Source: Microbotryum violaceum (taxonomy: Eukaryota). From it: a stretch of DNA of 64,000 nt. Positions 28,576 to 38,900 of this stretch are shown piece after piece; the stretch's first letter is position 1; every line of letters begins with the position of its first letter. The notes under the pieces were generated by a model, which worked only from the letters and a program-made list of their open reading frames with translations, did no database searches and had not been told where the DNA came from. The stretch is from the NCBI GenBank assembly GCA_001244265.2, contig CDLV01000005.1, positions 2,914,001 through 2,978,000 of the forward strand, written 5' to 3'. The translations under genes were made by a program, and so were the position numbers.

Positions 28576-28592
28576 TCTACAAAAAAATAAAA

Positions 28593-28987
28593 ATTGCTGA
28601 GGTGGAGGTTTTGAGGGGCCTCCACCGCGTCTTGCTGTGACCGAGCATAGACTTGGGGCTTCGTGGGTCAGGGTAGTTGCGCAGTCGATCTCCTGTCTTT
28701 GTCTCGACCGAGTTGGGAAGTGACGGCAGGTTGGGCCTCTTGTCGTTAGTCAATTGTTTTATTACTCTTTCTCTTTCTCTCTCTCTCATTCGTCTCCTGG
28801 GGGGAGCAACCGCTTGGCTGGGGCACTTGAATCCCAAGTATCGGATTGGTGGACACCGGCCCGTTTCTCGCATCTTGCGGGCGGTTTGTGTTATCATCGT
28901 CGACTTCCATCTAGTTTTTTCCGTAGGCCAAATAGGGGGAACATGAATTGGGGGCAATATGATGAACGGTTTCTACAAAAAAAAAAA
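28593..28987 (+). mobile_element. diverged LINE family A 3' UTR (unit 11)
   Basis: Homologous to, but clearly diverged from, 19770-20162; ends TTTCTAC-A11. Confidence 0.85.
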
Positions 28988-29871
28988 TGGGAGCCATGGC
29001 AGGCGGACTGGTGCACGGTCACATTGACTTCTACTGTCCCCTTCAATTGATTAAACAACTGAAGCCAACCAACTTAATCAATTGTTCAACTCGTGACCGA
29101 TCTTAGTTTGCCTTGCGGCAGTGACAGACGCTACCAAATCAGAGACTGACGAGCGTGTAATCCAACCGTGGAGAGAAGACAACGGTTGGTGCGCATCGCC
29201 AGGCTTCACTAAACAAACGCGCGCTTCTAATCAAATAACCGATAGCCGCCTTCCTGCTAATCCTCAGTCACAACACGCCAACTGTACGTACATCTAGCAA
29301 TACGGCTACTATCATATGCAATTAACTGACGGTTGGACGATGGCTCAACTGGTTCCTTGGGCGAGAGTTCCACCCGTGGTCCGAGCAATGGCATGTCATG
29401 CGACATGGTGAGCAGTTATCCTGCAAGTCTTTATGCTTTTCCTAGATCGTGTTCACCAGGATTTTGGTTCTGATAGATCACACACACGTATGGTGGGCAG
29501 CCGCTCAAAAATCCAAGACAAAGCCGACGACAGCACGAGAACGGTGATCACATTCTCACGGACTGGTTCAATTTGGATGCCAATCACGATCAAGGAACGT
29601 TCCCGACTCCCCGAGCATGATTGGGTCGTGACTTTGGTGTCGCTTCGTGTTTTCTCTCTTCAACTCGCTACTCTACCCAGATGTCTTTACCCTTCAAGGC
29701 TCACCACCTCAAACTAATTGAGTGCACCGTCACTCTCCTTGATATATCAGTCGCGACATGGTTTCCTTGCAGTTGCATAGTCACTCCTTACAGTCCTATA
29801 TACTCTCGCTTCGCTTAGAAATGTGATACATTCAACAAGGTGCACGATGTAGAGATACGCAAGAGCATCGA

Positions 29872-32800
29872 TCAGCGAGACATGAAACCACCCCCTTTGG
29901 TGATGTCGTACCTCGTCCCTTCTTGGACTTCTGCCATCCGCGGAACCTGTGGTATCTCCGAACCAGGTCCCCCACCCAGCAGCTCCGCAAGCACGCGATC
30001 CCTTTCCCTCACTCCAGCCTCCGAAAATTCCTCCTCTTCCATAACACCCTCTTTCTCCACCGTCCTCCGTTGTTGAGCGTCGATGAGGGATCTTCGGACG
30101 CCTGCGCCGGCGAGATCGATCGAACCGCCCGGGACGATTCCTTGGGCGGGGTCTTGGAGGGGTATTGCATCGATGTCGATGGGGCGGTTGAGGATCGAGT
30201 CGAGCACGACGAGTGCGCCGAGCTTGGAGACGACTGAAGGAATAGAGAGGTTTCAAGGCGGTTCTTCCCTAAGGAAATCAGCTCCCACGGCTCACACTCA
30301 CTCGTATTGGCTCCCGAACACATGTGGGAAGCGACGCAGGATGGACACCCTTCGGTGCATATACAATTCGCGATCGTATCTGCTGCTTGCCGTATCAGTA
30401 CGGATATGTGATCGAACGCCTTGGCACAGATCCCTCCCGACATGCCGGCCGAGTCATACAGGATCAATCTGCGCAAGGACGGTCAGTTCTAGATCAGCGC
30501 CGGGGCGTAGTGGATGGTGGAAGAGAGCACGATCGCTCACCTCGCCGGTCGTTTTCGACTACTAGGCATACTCGCAAACTCCTTCTCAGGCTGTTTACAC
30601 TCCGTCCTCACGTCACCTTCGGTGCACATCGCGACGATGGGGGTCAAACTCATCAACGCATGTTCGGCCGCATGGATCGACGCGGCGGGGTGAAGGTTCT
30701 TTAACAAGAGGATTTCCAAGGCTGAGGCCGGGACGTCGATCCAGAACCCGTGGGAACGGCGGATGAAGGGTGGGGAGGAAATGTCGACCGTGTCGAGGAT
30801 GTTGTTGCGCTTGTCGGTTTTAAAGTAACCGAAGACGATCGAGGTAACTGCAATTCCGGGGGAACTTGAATGAGTCACTAGGACAATGGTGGTAACTTGC
30901 GGATAGAAACGTACTATCGACAAGACCATACGACGCCGTACACGGAGACCCTGTGATCTCCCGAATGGTCAAGGGCTCCAAGGGGTCGATGTTGGTAAAG
31001 TCACGTTGGCGTGTGCGCCATTCCACCTGCGCAAGCTCGACCCGCGCAATCTTGCGATCGTGATTGACCTCACGAACGAGGAATGTCCTGCCCATGTGGT
31101 GGTAAATCGCACCCTCGTACGTCGTAAAGATAGCCCGACTCGTCTCAATCTCCTCCATGACCTCGTGCCTTCCTTCCGAAATGTCAACAATCGTATACGA
31201 GTCCTCCTCCGTACTCCTAATCGGCACCGCCTTAGCGGGGTAAGGTTTATGCTTCGGATGACAATGGTAGAAACCTTCTTCATCCACGACGAGGCGATCT
31301 CTTACCACGCGTGCTAATTCGGGTCCGAAGTAGTGTGTATCGACTTCGATTTGGATGGGCATCTCGTCCGCTGCGCATTGGAGATGCGCTTCCATGACGA
31401 TCGGGTTCGTCAGATCGATGCCCAGTTCACTGAAAGGCGAAGTAAAAATCTGATCCGGGTTCCGAGCGTAATGCTGGTCCAAAGGCCAAGGGTCGCAGAT
31501 CAGCATCGCTAGAGAATCCTTGTTGCGTCGACCGGCTCGTCCCGCTTGTTGCCGAAGACCGGGGAGCGTGTAGGGGAATCCGACGGTGATTACCGCGTCG
31601 AGGGATCCGATATCGACGCCTAATTCGAGCGCGGTCGTGGCAATTACCCCGAGCAGTTGGCCGGAGAACATTTCTTGTTCAATGCGACGACGATCCTGTG
31701 GATCTGACATTTCAGCCTTCCTTTTCCAAATAGATTAAGGGTCCTTGATTGAATACTCACAGCAGCGCTGTACCCAGATCGATAAGACATGACACGGGAG
31801 GCCATATCACTGCGCCCTTCGACCATAAGATCCGTGCGGACTTGTCGCATCAACAGCTCACATTGCGCGCGAACCTGAGGGTAGTATCCCGAGTCAGCTT
31901 GTTCAGCTGACAAGTGGGTACAGGATGAACATATCTCACCTTGCAGAACACGATTGCCCGAATGCCTCGGTCCATCAAGAACCGGAAGATCCTCGATGCT
32001 TCGTACATGTTGTTGATCCGTCCTTGTTTGGGATCTTGGTCATCGATAAAAGGTGGGTTCCAGATGAGATATTCCTGCGCATCAAAAGCTGACATCCGTC
32101 AGCCACATCTACGGCAAAGAGAGCCCGACTCACTTTCTTCCCCGTCGGCGATCCATCGACATCAACGACCACAACATCTTCCAGTCCAAACATCGTCTGC
32201 ATGTGTTCCTTCGGATTTGCGATCGTTGCACTACACGAGATGAACTTGACCTTATCATTCCCCACCGCTGCGCAGATCCTCCTCAACCTCCGCATGATGA
32301 AGGCGACGTGGGATCCGAATAGTCCGGCGTAGTAATGCAACTCATCGACAACGACGAATTTGAGGTTGCTGAAGTAGCGGCGCCAGCGTTCTTCGCGGGG
32401 GAGGATGGTGAGATGGAGCATGTCCGGGTTGGTGAAGATCTGTCAAGTCGGGCATCGGCTCCCAAGTCAGTGATCCGCTATTTGGGTGCAGAAAGAAAAG
32501 AACACACAATGTTCGCATTCTCTCGCAGGTAGTCTCTGTCTTCCCGGTGAGTATCACCGTCGAACGTCGCGATCTGCCGTTTGGTACTCATGCCAGTGAG
32601 TCACCGTGCACGTCCTTTCCATCTGAGCCCGGACCTCAAGCCTCACCTTGACATCTTCCAATCCTCCACAAGCAGCCAACAACTCCGCCAGCGCGCGTTT
32701 CTGATCTTGCGCCAGCGCCTTAGTGGGAAATATATACATCGCCGTCGCATCGTTATCCTTCTCCAACTCCTTCAACGCGGGAAGTTGATAAATGAGGGAC

Positions 32801-34636
32801 TTTCCGGATGAAGTGGAGGTGGATACGATGACGTTGTGGCCTGCATCGAGGGTGTTGATTGCTTGGGCTTGGTGGGAATACAGTTGGGTAATTTTTTTGG
32901 TCGTGTAGAGGGCGTCCCAGACGGAGGTGGAGAGAGGGAGGTCGAGATCGCCTAGGGGAGGTTCGAGGTTTCATCGTCAGCTCAGGATCGCACGAACAAG
33001 CGCTAGAAAGGGAACATACCATACACGCCCTTGCGAGCATCAAAGATCCTATGTCCATTCTCAACGATCTGTCCCCTATACTCCTTCTGATGCATCAACT
33101 CGATCACAATCTTCTCAATACTCGGCCTCCGGTCCGGGTTTCTCTGATAAAACTCGAGATCCTCCTTCTTCTCGGGTAGACGTTTCCTCTCCACGTCTTC
33201 ATCCCTCGGCTTGACAGGAAGATTATCATCTGTCGCTGCGAGCAAAAGAGTGACGGGATCTTCGGGTGGTACGGCCGCTGCACAGGCTACGAGAAGCTCG
33301 GATACGGCGGTGGAGAATTTGGCATTCCTTCGTTCGATCAGGGACGTCATGGACTCCTTCGAATATTGTGGGACCTTATCGGATGAGCTGCTTCGGACGG
33401 GCGTTTTTCCCTCGGCGAAATTTTGTCTCTGCATCTCTTGTTGATGTTTTTCCTGCTTCTTGCGTCTGAGGCTCAAGCGTCACGTGAGCAGCCTTGAATT
33501 CTGCTTCATCTCCCAAGACAATTCGCGCCACTCACTGCCACTTCCTCGTGATCACTTTCCCGACCCCGTTACTTGACTTGAGCTCCCCATCATTGAACGA
33601 GAACGTTAAAACGACCGATTCTTTCTTATTATCACCACCTCCAACCTCTTGTACTTGAGCAGCCGCCTCAGCATACGCCCCGTCCAGTTCCCTCGCTTTC
33701 TTCATCCGTCTTGACCGAGCATCGTCCTCTGCTCCATCGTGACCGGATGGGTTGGCGGAGGTGGAATGAATACGTAACATCTCGGCGTCAATGTAGGCAA
33801 AGGTGATGAGTTGAGGAAGAAGTGATTTGATTTGCGCAATGTCGTGCATCTCGAGGGGTCTGCGTTGTGAGACCAGTGTGTTCTTCAGGGGAAGAACGAG
33901 GTGTGAGAGGAGAGGAGAGGATAGGCTCACCTCTTTATGAGGGATTCGACGGATCCTTTGAGGATGTCGAACGTCGTAGCCAAAGATTTACGCGTCTGTA
34001 CGAACGTGTAGACCGTATTGAGTGCCTGGTCGTACAAAGAATGGTCAGCCGCTGGCAAAGGAACCGATGCCTCCTCCCCGCGAATGTCAAATTTCGACGC
34101 GGCCGACGCGATGTCAAGACGCGCGGGTGCCCCACCTTGAACGTCTTTTCCAACTTGACGAAATGAGGTGGGAACTCGACCGAGGGGATGAACTGCAATT
34201 CCTTTTGTTTCCCCTTGGATTGTTTTGTCTTGGCTGTCGTGGCTTTGGTCGTCTTGGGTCGTTTTGGAGGCGGAGGGGGCAAAGCCGAAGCTGAGGAGGC
34301 CCGGTCAGGATCGTCGTCTTCGAGATCGAGCGCGTTCGAATCGAGCGAGCCTTCCCGCAGCCGTCGTTGAGCCAGTGTCGTAGCAGAGACCGAAGGGCGA
34401 CTGATTTGTCCATTCAACTCAACCGTGGTGGAGGGGAAAAGGCCCGTGACCATGTCCATCTCATCCGAGTCGTCATCGTCGTCGTCGTCATGGGAGAGAA
34501 AGAAGGGGGCTTCCTGGTTCGAGCGCGTAGGCGGAGTCGGCGCCGGTAAAGGGGTGGTGATAAGTCCACCGCCTACGTTGCCCATGGGTGGCTTGCGTGC
34601 GGTCCATCGCTTGCGTGCGCCCGAGGGAGGTGCCAT
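29872..34636 (-). CDS. HRQ1: RecQ4/MrfA-like DEAH helicase with DUF1998 Zn domain, multi-exon
   Basis: LYSHQAQAI, TSTSSGKS, FPTKALAQDQ, VVDELHYY, SCSATIANP, TTALELGVDIG, QQAGRAGR, CICTEGCPSC. Confidence 0.9.
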
Positions 34637-34808
34637 CGTTTTTCGCGGTCGGGTCTGGCCCGGCCCCACACGCTATACGTGCGGAGGAGAGCAAGCAGCG
34701 CACTGCAGCGCAACAGCGAGCGCGCCTTGGATGAGCTACCTCGTCTTTCGTCTCCTCCTGTCTCCTCCTTGTCCAGAACCCCCCTACTCGCTCCCTCTGC
34801 ATCATCCC

Positions 34809-35433
34809 ATGGCGGTCCTCCCGAGACTGCTGATCCAACTCGCCTCACTGGGCTTCCTCTACTCGGCCTTTATCGCATGGGATGGTCAGTCCAAGACCCG
34901 CGTCGATGGTCCCTACTCGAGGCTTGTACTGATAGATTCGATTTCATTCCTACACAGCTCGATCTTCAATCAAAGCCGAATGGATCCCTCCACCTTCGCA
35001 TCGTTTCTCTCAAGCTATCCCCTTACCTCTACCCGTACGTTGGCGCTTCGCCTTCGTGAGATTCGGAATGACTGCTCTTCTCCGACTGCTCCGACTGCTC
35101 CAGCTGACCCGTCCCACCTCTGTTGCATCTGTTTACACAACAGGTCATATTACAAGTCCTAGCTGCGTTCGCCCTCCTCACAATAGGCCTACTCTGGTCC
35201 GCCAATTCGTTGGCCAAGATCTCGTGGGCAAGTGAGATGGCCGACAAGTACGTTCCTCTTGCTCTTTGGGGACCCGCACCTACCTTCACGCTATCCAAAA
35301 AAAAGGGTGCCGTTCTCATCTCCCGTATGTTGTGCTCCCCCATAGGACCATCGACACGCAAGACTCGACCCTCGGATTCCGGAACGTCAGGACAAGGGCT
35401 TCAAAGCTGTTTCAAGATCGGTCATCGTCATGA
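34809..35433 (+). CDS. EMC5: ER membrane complex subunit 5 / MMgT-like small membrane protein, multi-exon
   Basis: Two hydrophobic segments (..FLYSAF..; VILQVLAAFALLTIGLLW), LAKISWASEMADK then spliced TIDTQDSTLGFRNVRTR; TGA 35431-35433. Confidence 0.65.
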
Positions 35434-35555
35434 GCCCGCGTCGATATGAAACAGGCTGGGCAGGTCTAGAGGACTACTGTACAAGGGTGGATGTAATAGC
35501 AAGAACGGGTGGATCGATGACTCGAGAGTGGTCCGGATCAGCACGAGTTGAAAAA

Positions 35556-35723
35556 GGGTTCGCTCAATCCCGTGCCTTGCGGCCTCCAGGCCCGAGTAGT
35601 TGGAGTAAGTGTAGGCAGAAGTGACGCATGTGGTATCACCTCTCGACAATCCAAAGGAAGGAGTGGGTCACTCGTGCACCCTCGACATATTCCCTTTGGG
35701 GACCTGATACGAGCATAGAACCC
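35556..35723 (-). ncRNA. unclassified structured RNA candidate (~168 nt), Pol III-like terminator
   Basis: Terminal helix GGGTTC..GCTC / GAGC.GAACCC followed by TTTTT; inner helices CAGGTCC/GGGCCTG, CCAAAGGGA/TTCCTTTGG, AGAGGTGA/TCACTTCT; GCC-GCAA-GGC tetraloop; G-U pairs favour the minus strand. Confidence 0.55.
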
Positions 35724-35988
35724 GTCAACTTGCTCGGCGGTCAGCACGACCCGCAATCACGAGCTGAAATTTCGAGAGCTTGATCGACAATCGAGCGCCG
35801 GGACCCTGCCGGAGTGGATGGGCTTTTTGCCGTCTGGAGACTGTTGTCGGGTAGTACTGCCAGTGAGCAAGTCCAGAAGCTACTACAGCAGCGTTTGAGT
35901 GGCTCGCCTAGACTCATCGATTTGGTCGTCGGGGCGCCGGGCCGCTCAAGCTGAGAGCGTTGAAACGTTGAAATGAAAGCTGAGCTAG

Positions 35989-38900
35989 CGCCGAGCGATC
36001 GCATCACAGAATCGCTTTGCCGGGCTCGAGGTTGAGGGACAGGAGGAAGCGGTAACTGGTCAGAGCGGACAGGGGCCGGAGGAATCGGGGGAGGAGGATG
36101 CTGGTGATAAGGCGGATGACGAGGACTCGGAGGACTCGGAGATGGAATCGGAGATGGAATCGGAGATGGAATCGGAGATGGATTCGGAGGCGACCGCGAA
36201 AACGGAGGTCATCAAGACTGAAAGCGAGGACGAGTCGGTTTTAGAGGACCGCAGAGGATCCGATGGAGAGGTGACTAGTGAGGATGAGGTGATGGCGGAT
36301 GGAAGGGGCGAAACAGAAGGCAAGGTGGCGACGGAGATGGAGGAGGAGGAGGTGGCGACGGAGGTGGACAATGTGGACGAGGCAGGGGGAGCGACAAAAG
36401 CGGAGAACGCGGAAGCGACGGACTTAGGGGAGACGAACAGGCTGGACAATGACGACGACAGCGACGCAACAGCAACCGCCGCCACCGCTTCCCGCGAATC
36501 GACACCCCACGAACCAACCCCACCTTTGTCACCCGAAACTCTTGCCAAGTCGCTTCGCGAGGGGGAGGAGTGGGACAGGATCAGAGCTAACTGGGTTGAG
36601 CAGGCACGACTCGAGCGGGACCAAAGCATCGAGAGGAGGCTCAACGCTGAAACCCCTTTGGTGCGTCACAACTTTGCCACGTGGGATGAGGACGGTGAGA
36701 TACGTTCCATCAATATCAGGGGGACCGCTTCGAAGTTCAAAAAGCCGGTAATGAAGAGGTCGCAGACTGCGGCGGACCTCAGTGACCCGAGTGACGAACC
36801 GACCGACGCCAAGCGAGTGATCATCAAAGGGAAGAGCCGCGTCGTTGTCAAGGATGGAACAGAGGGGCGGAGGGTGACGAGGTCGATGTCAGCGGCGGCG
36901 GCGATGCCGGTTGGCGTGACGAGAGTGGACCGAGGGAAAGCAAAGTGGGTAGCCGAGGAGAAAAGATGGTCCGACCACGAGCCCGAGGACGATGTCCTGC
37001 CCGCCCTTCCCCTCTTTGAGGACGTCACCACCGCCAAGAGCGCTTCGACCTCAACTACCCATTAATGGTTAAGCACACCATCATCACCTGGAACGTGAGG
37101 AGGGGCATGGGGGTCCCGGAGAAACGACGTGACATTTACAACTACCTATCCCTTTTCAAAGCATCGGCCATTCTCATACAAGAGCACTTCATCAGACCGC
37201 ACCTCTGGCAACTCATCAAGGACGAGTACGAGGGCAAGCTCTTCATCAACCAACATTGTCTGACTCTAATTCCGGCTGACTCCCCCCTGATCGACGCCGA
37301 GCTCTTGCGCACCCACTCGGCACTCGACCGACGGCCGGCTCCTCGTCACGTCCTTTCGACTGCGGGGCGACATCAAAATTCTAGAAATCAACAACGTTTA
37401 CGCGCCCGTTGACCCAAAGCAACGAGCGAAATTCTTTGACAAACTTTTATTTCACAAAACACAGAAATCCCACCTCCGACTCCTTGGCGGTGATCTCAAC
37501 GACTGCCCGCGCCCAGAAGTCGATCGGCGGAACCAAAGTCGGCGCGGCCACCACTGGCCAATCCTGATCGGCAAGCTCGACTCGGCCTACACGGACTGCA
37601 TCCGCTACAAACACCCCATCACCCCATCCTTCACTCGACCTAATCCCAATCGCAAGCGACCCAACTCCTTCTCCCGGCTTGACTACTTTCTCCTGCAACG
37701 GACACACCAAAAAAGACTCGATCAGGCCTCGACGATCTACGACTATCCCAAGGAGCTTTCCGATCACCGACCGGTCTCGATTGTGCTGGCTCTCTCAGAC
37801 AATCCTGATGCGACCCTCCCACAGCTCAGCCTACCTACCACATCAAACCAACTACATCGAATCAACACCACAACCTTTAAGACGGTGGAATTCCAGCGGA
37901 TGATGGAAGGATGGTTGGAAGGGGCAAGCGGGGAGGAACCGGTGGGGAAGCTCGAGGTCATTCTGAAGGCGTGCAGGGATAGGGGTGGGGAGATGGCGAG
38001 GAGGCTGCATCGGGAGCGGACGGAACGGATGGAGTATTTGGTGGGGAGGGTGCAGGATCTGGAGGCGATACCGGAATGGGGGGAGGCGGAAACGGCAGAA
38101 TGGACAAGGACGTCCGAGGAACTCAAGCGGGCGGTCAAGGAGCGCGCGTGCCTACTCCGGATCCGAGCCCACGTACCCGAGATCGCCTCCGAGGAACGAC
38201 TGTCGCGGCCGGTCCACGCCAAGCTCGCGGTGCGGAACTCGGACTCCAAGATCACAGCACTGCGCTTGAGCAACGGAGAGCTAACGCATGACATTGATGT
38301 CGCTCTTGACCACACGCAGGCGCATTTCCAGCGCCTCTACCGCATCGAGCCTCGTGACCCGGACCGCGTCGACCGACTTCGGGACAAATTCCTCGCGCCG
38401 ATCAGGGCGGCGCGGACTTGCGACGACCCGCGCTCGGATCCTCTCTTTCTGCGCCGACTCTCGGAATCGCAGATCGACTTACTCCAGCGACCAATCACCG
38501 AGGACGAGGTCGTGGCCGCGATCGGGACGACGCACCCGGGGCGATCGCCGGGACCGTCGGGCGTGCCCTACGAACTCTACCAGACCGCACCCAAGGCATG
38601 GGCCAAGGTGCTGACCAAGGCCTACAACGCGATGATAGAGCGAGGCTCACTCTCTCCCAAGCAGGGCCAAGGACTCGTGCGCCTCATCTTCAAGCGACAC
38701 AAGAAGAATGCTGATCGCGCCGAACTTTCGGCGTACCGGCCGATCACCCTGCGCGAGTGCGATTACAAGATCTTTACCAAGGTCTATGTCGCCCGTTTGA
38801 ACCAGATTCTACCCGATCTCCTCCCGCCGCAGCAGCACGGATTCGTCAAGGACCGCCGATCGGCTGACGCTGCACTACACCTTCGTCTCCTGATCGAGGA

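Larger units (their letters stand above)
17637..28987 (+). mobile_element. head-to-tail array of 11 5'-truncated L1/Tx1-like LINE insertions from three families (A, B, C)
   Basis: Poly(A) tails end at 17819, 18044, 20179, 20196, 24567, 24989, 26834, 26997, 28575, 28592 and 28987, each (except the last) abutting the truncated 5' end of the next unit. Confidence 0.92.

Noticed and set aside
17637-28987. CRISPR-like or simple tandem duplication interpretation of the repeated blocks
   Set aside because: Units have variable 5' ends, common poly(A) 3' ends and RT coding sequence, which marks them as retrotransposition products
35296-35433. Minus-strand T8 run and C/D-box-like words suggesting a snoRNA or Pol III RNA
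   Set aside because: Explained by the last intron and exon of the plus-strand EMC5-like gene
35556-35890. SRP RNA (GCTGTAGTAGC Alu-like start; TGGAGG-CC-GCAA-GG-CAC resembling helix 8)
   Set aside because: The symmetric loop is incomplete and the hairpin lies at the extreme 3' end, unlike SRP architecture
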